64,000 bases of DNA from an uncultured Candidatus Binatia bacterium (lineage in GTDB: Bacteria; Desulfobacterota; Binatia; UBA9968; JAJDTQ01). The stretch spans positions 1,664,001 through 1,728,000 of the forward strand of contig OZ244070.1 in NCBI GenBank assembly GCA_965215605.1. Reading direction: 5' to 3'. Positions 53,173-64,000 of the stretch are shown piece after piece. Under the pieces are notes generated by a model that saw only the letters and a program-made list of their open reading frames with translations, made no database searches and had not been told where the DNA came from. Position numbers and translations under genes: made by a program. Numbering within the stretch: position 1 is the stretch's first letter; every line of letters begins with the position of its first letter.

Positions 53173-53952
53173 TTAAAGATATCCGTGCTGTTCCAGGAAA
53201 TCGTTCACGTAGCCGTCGAAGGTGACCGGGTCTTCCAGACAGCAGGCGTGGCCGGTGGCCGGCACCACGCGGTGGACCGCACCCGCGATCCTGGCAGCCA
53301 TGAATTCGCTGCCCGGCCTGGAGTTGTCGGACTCGCCGTTGATCACCAGCACCGGCATGCGCAACTCCGGCAGCCGTTCGGTCTGGTTGCGGTTCTGCAG
53401 CGCCTTGAAGATCTCGACGATAGCCGCGCCGCTGAGGCGGGGATCCCAGTCGGTGAAGCGGTCGAGCAGGTAGCCGCCAAGGCGGCTCGCGGGGAACCCG
53501 GGCGCGACCAGGGCTTCCAGGTGCTCCCTGTGAAAGCCGGCAACGCCTCGGGAATATCCGGCGATGCGGTGTCGATACGCGTCCGAGGGCCGGCTACTGC
53601 ATCCCACCATGATCAGCGCCTTGAACATCTCAGGGTGGTCCAGCCCCATCTGGAGCACCATGACGCCGCCCACGCTGATGCCGGCGGCGACGGCCTCGCC
53701 GGCCCCTTCCTGCCGGCACACCGCCACCACGTCCTCCGCCATCTCTGCCATGGAGGTCGGGGTCTCGGGCTTGTCCGAGTGTCCGTAGCCACGGATGTCC
53801 ACGTTGATGATCTTGAACCGGGTGGAGAAGTGCGCCGCCTGGTACAGCCAAAGGCGCCGGTCGAACGGGTTGGCGTGGACCAGCACCAGCGGGAAACCTT
53901 CTCCCGACACATCGTAGTGGATGCGCACGCCGTTGACCGTACAGTAGGGCAC
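53173..53952 (-). CDS. Alpha/beta-fold hydrolase
   Basis: DIRGYGHS, GISVGG nucleophile elbow, GESD, GHACC. Confidence 0.88.
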   Translation of the reverse strand: MPYCTVNGVRIHYDVSGEGFPLVLVHANPFDRRLWLYQAAHFSTRFKIINVDIRGYGHSDKPETPTSMAEMAEDVVAVCRQEGAGEAVAAGISVGGVMVLQMGLDHPEMFKALIMVGCSSRPSDAYRHRIAGYSRGVAGFHREHLEALVAPGFPASRLGGYLLDRFTDWDPRLSGAAIVEIFKALQNRNQTERLPELRMPVLVINGESDNSRPGSEFMAARIAGAVHRVVPATGHACCLEDPVTFDGYVNDFLEQHGYL

Positions 53953-54103
53953 CCGGACTGCATAGAACGTCGCCCGGCCGGCGTCAAATGACTGGGGCGC
54001 ACGAGACCGGGGCACACGACGTAGCGTGGCGAGGTCGGGGCCAGGGTGTCCCGGGTCAGGGCTGGAATGACGCCAGGGGAGGCGTTGTGCTAGGGTTGTG
54101 CCC

Positions 54104-55549
54104 ATGAGCGAGATTCACTTCGTGGACACGACGTTGCGGGACGGGCAGATGAGCCTCTGGGCCACGCGCATGCGCACGGGCATGATGCTGCCCATCGCCG
54201 AACGGATGGGCCGGGCGGGTTTCGACGCCCTTGAGTTGATGTCCAGCATCTTCCTCAAGAAGTGCGTCCGGGACCTCAAGGAGGACCCCTTCGAGCGCAT
54301 CCGTCTGGTGAAGGAAAAGATGCCCGACACCCCGCTGCGCATGACCTCCGGACGGTTCAACGCCTTCGAGGTGACTCCGTATTCGCTGTACGCGCTCTAC
54401 CTGCGGCGCATGCACGAGAACGGCATGAGCCAGGCCCGGATATCGGATGAGTGGAACGATCCGGTGGGGTGGAAGCAGAAGGTGCAGACGGTGATCGACG
54501 CCGGACTCGAGCCGATCCTCAACCTCATCTACTCGGTATCGCCCAAGCACACCGACGACTACTACGCGGAGCGGACGCGGCAGGCGGCGACCCTCGACGT
54601 GTCGCGCATCTGCCTGAAGGACCCCGGCGGGCTGATCACCCCGGACCGGGTCCGCAAGCTGGTGCCGTTGGTGCTGGAGAACGCCAACGGGATCCCGGTG
54701 GAGTTCCACACCCATTGCACCACCGGGCTCGGGCCGCTGTGCTGCGTCGAAGCCATCAAGCTGGGCATCACCATCGTGAACACCGCCATCCCGCCGCTGG
54801 CCAACGGCTCGTCCAACCCGTCGCTGTTCAACGTCGCGGCCAACGCCCGGGCGCTGGGCCACACCACCGCCGTGGACGAAGAGTCGATGCAGACGGTGTC
54901 CGAGCACTTCGACCGCATCGCCGGGCAGGAAGGTCTGCCGCCGGGGGAGCCCGTGGAGTACGACTACGGGCAATACCTCCACCAGGTGCCCGGCGGCATG
55001 TATTCCAACCTGCGCCACCAACTGGAGAAGGTGGGCTTGGGGCACAAGTTCCAGGAGGCCCTGGAGGAGTGCGGCCGGGTGCGGGAGGAGTTCGCCTATC
55101 CGATCATGGTGACGCCGCTGTCGCAGTTCGTGGGAAGCCAGGCGGCCATCAACGTCATCGTCGGCGAGCGCTACGCCCAAGTCACCGACCAGAGCATTCT
55201 CTACGCCCTGGGGCTTTGGGGCGAGGAGGGCAGCCGGCTGATGGACCCGGAAGTCAAGGACAGGATCCTGGACCGGCCCCGGGCGCGCGAGCTGGCGAAA
55301 TGGGACCCGCCGCAGCCGTCCATCGCCGAGATCCGGAAAGGCTTCGAGCCCGGCCTCTCGGACGACGACCTGCTGCTGCGCTGGCTCGTCACCAAGGACG
55401 AGTTCGACGCCATGCGTGACGCCGGCCCGGCGACGCCCTACACGGGTAACGGCGTGCTCGGCCTGCTGCGAAACCTGCGCGGGCACAAGGCCAACCACGT
55501 CTACATCAGCAAACCGGGGCTGAAGCTGTCGCTGCAAGGGTCGGCGTAG
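54104..55549 (+). CDS. Pyruvate carboxylase B / oxaloacetate decarboxylase alpha-like carboxyltransferase without biotin carrier
   Basis: DTTLRDG, LKDPGG, HTHCT, HQVPGGM, VTPLSQ; no MKM biotinyl domain. Confidence 0.85.
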   Translation: MSEIHFVDTTLRDGQMSLWATRMRTGMMLPIAERMGRAGFDALELMSSIFLKKCVRDLKEDPFERIRLVKEKMPDTPLRMTSGRFNAFEVTPYSLYALYLRRMHENGMSQARISDEWNDPVGWKQKVQTVIDAGLEPILNLIYSVSPKHTDDYYAERTRQAATLDVSRICLKDPGGLITPDRVRKLVPLVLENANGIPVEFHTHCTTGLGPLCCVEAIKLGITIVNTAIPPLANGSSNPSLFNVAANARALGHTTAVDEESMQTVSEHFDRIAGQEGLPPGEPVEYDYGQYLHQVPGGMYSNLRHQLEKVGLGHKFQEALEECGRVREEFAYPIMVTPLSQFVGSQAAINVIVGERYAQVTDQSILYALGLWGEEGSRLMDPEVKDRILDRPRARELAKWDPPQPSIAEIRKGFEPGLSDDDLLLRWLVTKDEFDAMRDAGPATPYTGNGVLGLLRNLRGHKANHVYISKPGLKLSLQGSA

Positions 55550-55572
55550 GGGCGGGTTTCAAACCCGGCGCC
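55546..55572 (+). repeat. GTAG-type REP overlapping a stop codon
   Basis: GTAGGGGCGGGTTTCAAACCCGGCGCC. Confidence 0.6.
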
Positions 55573-55604
55573 GCTGCCGGCGATTCGACAGCGGGAGGCA
55601 TGCC

Positions 55605-56681
55605 ATGAGCACGAACACGGAAACCGAGGCGTTCTACCGGGAAGTGGACGCGAAGCACCTGGTGCCGCTGTGGAACATCACCCAGGACGCCTTGCCCGCG
55701 GAACCGCGGTCGCCGGTGAAGGCCCACCTGTGGCGTTGGGCGGACCTGCGCCGGCTGGCGCACCGGGCCGGGGACCTGGTGCCCATCGAGCGGGGCGGCG
55801 AGCGGCGTGTGCTGGGGCTGGTGAACCCGGGGCTGGGCGGCAAGCACGCGGCCACCCGGACGCTGTGGGCGGCGGTGCAGATCGTCAAGCCGGGAGAGGT
55901 CGCTCCCTGCCACCGGCATTCCCCCTCGGCCATCCGCTTCATCATCGAGGGCGACCGCACCTACACCAACCTGAACGGCGACAAGTGCATCATGAGCCGC
56001 GGCGACTTGGTGCTCACGCCGAGCTGGGACTGGCACGACCACGGCTGCGAGTCGGACGAGCCCATGATCTGGATGGACGGACTGGACCTGCCGCTGGTGG
56101 GCGACCTCGACGCCACCTTCTTCGAGATGTACCCGGACCACCGTTTTCCCATCACCGACGTCAACGAGTCCGAGCGCAAGTTCGGCGTGACGCACCTGCG
56201 CCCCACCTGGGAGAAGCCGCCGGACGACCGCTCGCCGCTGCTCAACTTCAAGTGGGAGCCCACCTACGACGCGCTCCAACGCATCGGAGAGGGGCCGGCC
56301 AGCCCCCACGACGACGTCTGCTTCGAGTACCTGAACCCGAGCACCGGCGGACCGGTTCTGCCCACCATGAGTTGCACCATCCAGATGGTGCGGCCCGGCG
56401 TCCGCACGCAGGCACACCGGCAGGTGCAGAGCTCGGTGTATCTGGCCTTCGCCGGAAAGGGCTACTCGGTCATCGACGGCCAGCGGTTCGAATGGGAGCA
56501 GGGCGACTTCTTCGTGGTGCCGCCCTGGGCCTGGCACGAGCACGCCAACGACACCGATGGCGAGTCCATCCTGTTCGCCATACACGACGCGCCGGTGATG
56601 AAGGCCCTTGGCCTCTATCGCGAGGAGAGCTATACAGAGGGAGACGGCCACCAGGAGATCACGGGGAGCTTCGAAGCATAA
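55605..56681 (+). CDS. Gentisate 1,2-dioxygenase family cupin
   Basis: ERRVLGLVNPGL, HRHSPSAIRF, WHDHG, WMDGLDLP, WHEHAN. Confidence 0.88.
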   Translation: MSTNTETEAFYREVDAKHLVPLWNITQDALPAEPRSPVKAHLWRWADLRRLAHRAGDLVPIERGGERRVLGLVNPGLGGKHAATRTLWAAVQIVKPGEVAPCHRHSPSAIRFIIEGDRTYTNLNGDKCIMSRGDLVLTPSWDWHDHGCESDEPMIWMDGLDLPLVGDLDATFFEMYPDHRFPITDVNESERKFGVTHLRPTWEKPPDDRSPLLNFKWEPTYDALQRIGEGPASPHDDVCFEYLNPSTGGPVLPTMSCTIQMVRPGVRTQAHRQVQSSVYLAFAGKGYSVIDGQRFEWEQGDFFVVPPWAWHEHANDTDGESILFAIHDAPVMKALGLYREESYTEGDGHQEITGSFEA

Positions 56682-56722
56682 TGCTTCAAGGCAACGGCCC
56701 TCGAAACGCGGAAAGACCGGAA

Positions 56723-56971
56723 ATGGCGAAGTACCTCCAATGCAGTGAGTGCGGCAAGCTGGCGTTCTACTACGACGGTTACGTCGGCACCGAGAAGCCC
56801 TTCTACCTCAAGAACATGATCTATCCGGACGGCAAGCAGCCGGAAACTCCCCGCTGCATAAGCTGCAACGCCGTCCCGCGCATGCTCTTCGACTTCATCA
56901 AGGAAGACAAGGAGCCCCTCCCGACACCGGCGCCCGTATCCGAGCCCGAATCGGAAGCGGCGCCGGAGTAG
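56723..56971 (+). CDS. Small putative zinc-ribbon protein
   Basis: MAKYLQCSECGK..CISC; host-like codon usage. Confidence 0.6.
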   Translation: MAKYLQCSECGKLAFYYDGYVGTEKPFYLKNMIYPDGKQPETPRCISCNAVPRMLFDFIKEDKEPLPTPAPVSEPESEAAPE

Positions 56972-57004
56972 GCAAGGCGACACTTCCAATCGTCATTTCT
57001 CGAA

Positions 57005-57142
57005 TCAGGTTCCCGTACCGGTTTCGCCCGTCCCGCGCCCCCGGGCGGTGAATCGCTCGAACAAGCCCTCCAGACGCGTGATACGCTCCTCCAGCTTCAC
57101 GAAGTCTCGAGCCCGGGACCTGAGGTCATCCCGGGATCGCAC
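57005..57142 (-). pseudogene. Short ORF or remnant of a coiled-coil protein C-terminus
   Basis: ..LEERITRLEGLFERFT..; GTG immediately after the pilin stop. Confidence 0.3.
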
Positions 57143-57610
57143 CTACGGCGCGCACTTCACCAGGGTGACGTTGCCGGTGCTGCGGTCGTAGGTGGCGACG
57201 CCGGTGCCGGTGCCGCAGCCGCTGGCGACCGTGGCGGTGACCACAAACGTGGTAGCGTCGCCGGTGGTGATGGCCGGGGTGACGTTTGCGCTTCGGGTGT
57301 AGCCGAAGCCCGTCAGGTCGGCGAGGGTTGCCGTGTAGGTGTTGTTGTCCACGAAGTAGCCCTCCTGGGCCAAGGCCATGTTCCTCACGTTGGCCTGGGC
57401 ATCGGCGTCATAACCCTTGCGCCGGTAGGCGCCGAACTGGGGAATCGCCATGGAGGCGAGGATGCCGATGATGGTGATCACCACCAGCAGCTCAATCAGG
57501 GTGAACCCGGCTACCCGATCCCGCCGGCGACCGTCCATCCCCGCGGCGGCGTCCCCGATCCTTCCGCAAACGCGGTCCGCAAGACCCTTGGCGCAATCAT
57601 CCATATTCAT
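57143..57610 (-). CDS. Type IV pilin (PilA-like)
   Basis: G|FTLIELLVVITIIGILASMAIP prepilin motif; C-terminal Cys pair; alternative start at 57538. Confidence 0.88.
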   Translation of the reverse strand: MNMDDCAKGLADRVCGRIGDAAAGMDGRRRDRVAGFTLIELLVVITIIGILASMAIPQFGAYRRKGYDADAQANVRNMALAQEGYFVDNNTYTATLADLTGFGYTRSANVTPAITTGDATTFVVTATVASGCGTGTGVATYDRSTGNVTLVKCAP

Positions 57611-57621
57611 CTCAAGACTCC

Positions 57622-58842
57622 CTATTGCACCATGCCGCCGATCTGGAAGATCGGCAGATACATGGCGATGACGATGCCGCCGAGCACCATGCCCAGGACG
57701 ATCATCAACAGCGGTTCCATCAGCGTGGTCAGCCGGACCACCGCGCGGTCCACCTCCTCCTCGTAGAAGGCCGAGATCCGGTTGAGCATCGTGTCCAGAG
57801 CGCCGATGTTCTCCCCCACGGCGACCATGTGGCAGACCAGCGGGGGAAACAGGCCGCTGGCCGCCAGCAGGTCGGCCAGGGTCATCCCTTTCTCCAAACC
57901 GTCCCGGGTCTCCAGGATCGCGCGCTCCAGGATCTTGTTCCCGCTGGTTCCCGCGGTGACGGTCAGACTGTCCAGCAGGGTCACGCCGGACCGGAGCAGC
58001 AGTCCGGTGTTGTGGCTGAAACGGGCGATGGCGGCCTTGCGCGCGAGATCGCCGATGAGCGGAAGCCTCAGCAGCCATCCGTGGAACCCTCTGCGCCCGC
58101 GTTCGGTGCGCCAAGCCGCATGGGCCGCAACCGCAAGGACCGCGGACCCGCCGAGAAGGGCCGGAGAATAGTCGTACAGGCCGCGGCTCAAGGCGATGGT
58201 CAGCTCCGTCAAGGGGGGCAGGGCCTGTCCCATGCCCCGGTAGACTTCCGCGAACACCGGGATCACGTGGAGGAGCAGCACGGCCACCACCACGACCGCC
58301 ACCACCACGACGGTGGCGGGATAGACCATAGCCGTCCGGACCTTGCGCTTGAGCCGCGCGGAACGCTCGATGAACAGCGCCAGGCGCGCAAGGATCTCGG
58401 GCAGGACGCCGCCGTGCTCGCCGGCGGCCACCATGCGGACGAACAGGGTGTCGAACAGCCTGGGGTGCCGGGCCATGGCCGCCGTCAGCGTCATCCCGTT
58501 GGAGACGTCGAGCCGCACGGTCTGAAGCGCCTTCTTCACCACCCCGTTCCCGGTCTGGTCGGCCAGCACCTGGAGACACTCGACGATGGGCACGCCGGCC
58601 TCGATCATCACCCCGAAGTTCCTCGTCAGCATGACGATGTCATCGGCGTTGACCCTGGCGTTGAATCCGGGGACATGGATCTCCCGCCCCAGTCCGGCGC
58701 CCTTCTCCCGGATGCCCGACGGCACCGGCCGAATCCTTCGCCGGCGGAGCTCCGCGGCTACCGCCGCGGGGTCCGCCGCTTCCATCTCGCCCCGAAGGAG
58801 CTTTCCCTCCCGGTTCCTGCCCCGCCACCGGTACCGCGCCAT
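57622..58842 (-). CDS. pilC: Type IV pilus/T2SS F-family platform protein
   Basis: AGVPIVECL, AGEHGGVL, AMVYP, VGENIGAL, EPLLM, AMYLPIF. Confidence 0.9.
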   Translation of the reverse strand: MARYRWRGRNREGKLLRGEMEAADPAAVAAELRRRRIRPVPSGIREKGAGLGREIHVPGFNARVNADDIVMLTRNFGVMIEAGVPIVECLQVLADQTGNGVVKKALQTVRLDVSNGMTLTAAMARHPRLFDTLFVRMVAAGEHGGVLPEILARLALFIERSARLKRKVRTAMVYPATVVVVAVVVVAVLLLHVIPVFAEVYRGMGQALPPLTELTIALSRGLYDYSPALLGGSAVLAVAAHAAWRTERGRRGFHGWLLRLPLIGDLARKAAIARFSHNTGLLLRSGVTLLDSLTVTAGTSGNKILERAILETRDGLEKGMTLADLLAASGLFPPLVCHMVAVGENIGALDTMLNRISAFYEEEVDRAVVRLTTLMEPLLMIVLGMVLGGIVIAMYLPIFQIGGMVQ

Positions 58843-58846
58843 GATG

Positions 58847-60565
58847 TCACCCGGACGTGGACGCCGCGGGGAACCCCGCGCCGGCGTCCGAGGGGTCCGC
58901 CTCCGTCACCCGCAGCGCCTCCTCGACGGTGGTCACCCCCTCACGGACCTTCCGGACGGCCGCCTGACGCAGGGTCCGCATGCCTCGACGGATGGCGGCG
59001 CGTTTGAGGTCCGCCGCGGAGCCGCCCTGGAGAATCATCTTTCGAAGGTCGTCGCACAGGGTCATCACCTCGTAGACGGCCACCCGCCCCCGGTATCCCG
59101 TGTGGTGGCATTCGGCACAGCCCGACCCGTGAGTCGTCTCGACGTCGCGCACGGCTTCGGCCCGACCCGGCGCCGCCGCAAGCGCTTCGGCATCCAGCGC
59201 CGCCCCGGCTCCGCACCCGGCGCACACCCGGCGCAGCAGGCGCTGGGCCGCGATTATGGTGATGGCGGAGGCGATCAGGTAGGGCTCCACCCCCATGTCC
59301 GTCAGACGGTGGACGCTGGAAGGCGCGTCGTTGGTATGGAGCGTGGTGAGCACGAGATGGCCCGTCAACGCCGCATTGACGGCGATGCGGGCGGTCTCGG
59401 CGTCACGGATCTCTCCCACCATGATGATGTCCGGGTCCTGGCGCAGGAACGCTCGCAGGCAGGCGGCGAACGTGAGCCCGATTTCGCCGTGGGTCTGGAC
59501 CTGGTTGACGCCCGCGAGATGGTACTCCACCGGGTCCTCTGCCGTGGAGATATTCACGTCCGGGTGGTTGAGCTCCGACAGCATGCCGTAGAGCGTGGTG
59601 GACTTGCCGCTTCCGGTGGGTCCGGTGAGCAAGATCATGCCGGCGGGCTTGCTCATGGCCTCGGCGAAGAGCCGCCGGTCCCGGGCTTCCAGCCCCAGCC
59701 CGTCGAGGCTGGTGACGAGATCGGACCGGTGCAGCAACCGGAGCACCACCTTCTCCCCGAACCGGGTGGGCAGCACCGATACCCGCACGTCCACTTCGCC
59801 CGCGGCCGCGGCCAGCTTGAGACGTCCGTCCTGGGGCAGGCGATGCTCGGCGATATCGAGGCCGGCCAGCACCTTGACGCGGGAGGTCAACGCCAGCTTC
59901 ATCTCGCGCGGCGGGGTCATGACTTCCTGCAGCACGCCGTCGATCCTGAAGCGGATGCGCACGCCCTCCTCGTAGGGCTCGATGTGGATGTCGCTGGCGC
60001 CGCGCGCCACCGCGTCCTTCAGAAGCGAATCCACCAGCGCCACCACCGGCGTGTCCGTGGCGGGTTGTGCCGGGGCCGCGGGGCGGCGCCCGCCCGTCCT
60101 TTCTCCATGCGCCGCGCCACGCAGGGACGGGTCGCGGTCCACGGTACGGGGACGGTCCTCCAGGATGCTTCGGATGGCGGAAGGACGCGCCAGCACGGTC
60201 CTCACGTCATGCCCGGTCATGAACCGGATCTCCTCGATGGCCGCCAGGTCCGTGGGGTCGCTCATGGCCACGTCCAGCACCGACCCCGAACGGGCGAGCG
60301 GAAGCATGCGGCGTTTCCGCAGCAGCGGCAGGGGCAGCAGGCCGGCGGCCGCATCGTCGACGTCCGAAGGCGTCAGGTCCGTCTCTTCCAGCCCGAACCG
60401 CTCGCCAACGAACGCCATGATCCGGCCCTCGTCCGCGGCGCCGTCCTCCACCAGGGCCGCCACCAGGTTGGCGCCGGTGCGCCCCTGGGCCGCCGCGGCC
60501 CGGTCGCGCTGCTCACGGGTGACGACGCCGGCCCGTACCATCGATTCTCCAAGAGAGAGTTCCAT
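58847..60565 (-). CDS. pilB: Type IV pilus assembly ATPase
   Basis: ASDIHIEP, PQDGR, GPTGSGKSTT, EDPVEY, LRQDPD, TGHLV, CxxC..CxxC. Confidence 0.9.
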   Translation of the reverse strand: MELSLGESMVRAGVVTREQRDRAAAAQGRTGANLVAALVEDGAADEGRIMAFVGERFGLEETDLTPSDVDDAAAGLLPLPLLRKRRMLPLARSGSVLDVAMSDPTDLAAIEEIRFMTGHDVRTVLARPSAIRSILEDRPRTVDRDPSLRGAAHGERTGGRRPAAPAQPATDTPVVALVDSLLKDAVARGASDIHIEPYEEGVRIRFRIDGVLQEVMTPPREMKLALTSRVKVLAGLDIAEHRLPQDGRLKLAAAAGEVDVRVSVLPTRFGEKVVLRLLHRSDLVTSLDGLGLEARDRRLFAEAMSKPAGMILLTGPTGSGKSTTLYGMLSELNHPDVNISTAEDPVEYHLAGVNQVQTHGEIGLTFAACLRAFLRQDPDIIMVGEIRDAETARIAVNAALTGHLVLTTLHTNDAPSSVHRLTDMGVEPYLIASAITIIAAQRLLRRVCAGCGAGAALDAEALAAAPGRAEAVRDVETTHGSGCAECHHTGYRGRVAVYEVMTLCDDLRKMILQGGSAADLKRAAIRRGMRTLRQAAVRKVREGVTTVEEALRVTEADPSDAGAGFPAASTSG

Positions 60566-60643
60566 AGGACTTGTTCTCCTGAAGTACTTTGATCGGCCGG
60601 GCGGCCGAAAACTGTAGGGGAATGTGGAAAAAAGGTCCGGAGA

Positions 60644-63363
<2,720 letters not shown>

Positions 63364-63364
<1 letters not shown>

Positions 63365-64000
63365 CAACGATCCCTCGTGCGCGGGTCCATGCGGCGCCGG
63401 ATCTCGTCCACCAGCCGGTCCACGGGTATCCTCACCTGGGTCATGGCGTCCCGGTCGCGCAGCGTCACCGTCCGATCCTTCATGGTCTCGTGGTCCACCG
63501 TGATGCCGAAGGGGGTGCCGATCTCGTCCTGCCGCCGGTAGCGGCGGCCGATGGAGCCGGCCTGATCATAGACCACCGGAAAGTGCTCCTTCAGGATGTC
63601 CCGGATCTCCTGCGCCCGCTCCGGCTGTCCTTCCTTCCTGAGCAGCGGGTAGACGCCCGCCTTGAACGGCGCCAGGCGCGGGTCGAGACGCAGCACGATC
63701 CGCCGGTCGCCCTCCACCTCCTCCTCGTCGTACGCGTCCACCAGGAACGCCAGCAGGGGCCGGTCCACGCCGGCGGAGGGCTCGATGACGTAGGGGACGT
63801 AACGGCTGCGGGCGGCCTCGTCGAAGTAGGTCAGGTCCCTGCCGCTGTACTCCATGTGTTGCTTCAGGTCGAAATCGCCGCGGTTGGCGATGCCCTCGAG
63901 CTCGGACCAGCCGAACGGAAACTCGTACTCCACGTCCACGCAGGCCTTGGCGTAGTGGGCCAGCTCGTCGCTGCCGTGGGGGCGGATACGGAGGTTCCCG
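63364..64000 (-). CDS. glyQS: Glycine-tRNA ligase (alpha2 type), C-terminal part
   Basis: LAHYAKACVDVEY, ELEGIANRGDFDL, PYVIEPSAG, SIGRRYRRQDEIGTP. Confidence 0.95.

Overview
High-GC bacterial chromosomal segment. The gene set and the alpha2-type glyQS-ppdK, pilB-pilC-pilin and coxMSL-like loci suggest a deltaproteobacterium-like organism, possibly host-associated (inference only). The left half (about 1-33 kb) is accessory-rich. It holds thiD, a 2.2-kb lower-GC mosaic of truncated toxin/antitoxin and transposase fragments around an intact HEPN gene, and a Fic gene bracketed by two near-identical 30-bp palindromes. It also holds an M24 peptidase/ThrC-like/three-LLM operon, VapBC, DUF1611 plus a TAXI-TRAP transporter, two xanthine-dehydrogenase-family loci, an RHH-Doc pair, a large Lhr helicase with an in-frame palindromic repeat insertion, and a chimeric HTH/AbiE-type toxin-antitoxin pair. 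The right half is mostly metabolic or housekeeping: KamA-like radical SAM divergent from Glu dehydrogenase, YjgN-M48, cysD-cysNC, rubrerythrin-DUF3501-Fur, alr-purHDE-DUF1015, aromatic-catabolism-like genes, pilBC-pilin, ppdK and partial glyQS. Three families of short palindromic repeats (GTCATTCCC..GGGAATCC, GTAG-REP and a TIR-bounded MITE) lie between and inside genes. No rRNA, tRNA or CRISPR array was seen. All calls come from motif recognition by eye; no database searches were run.
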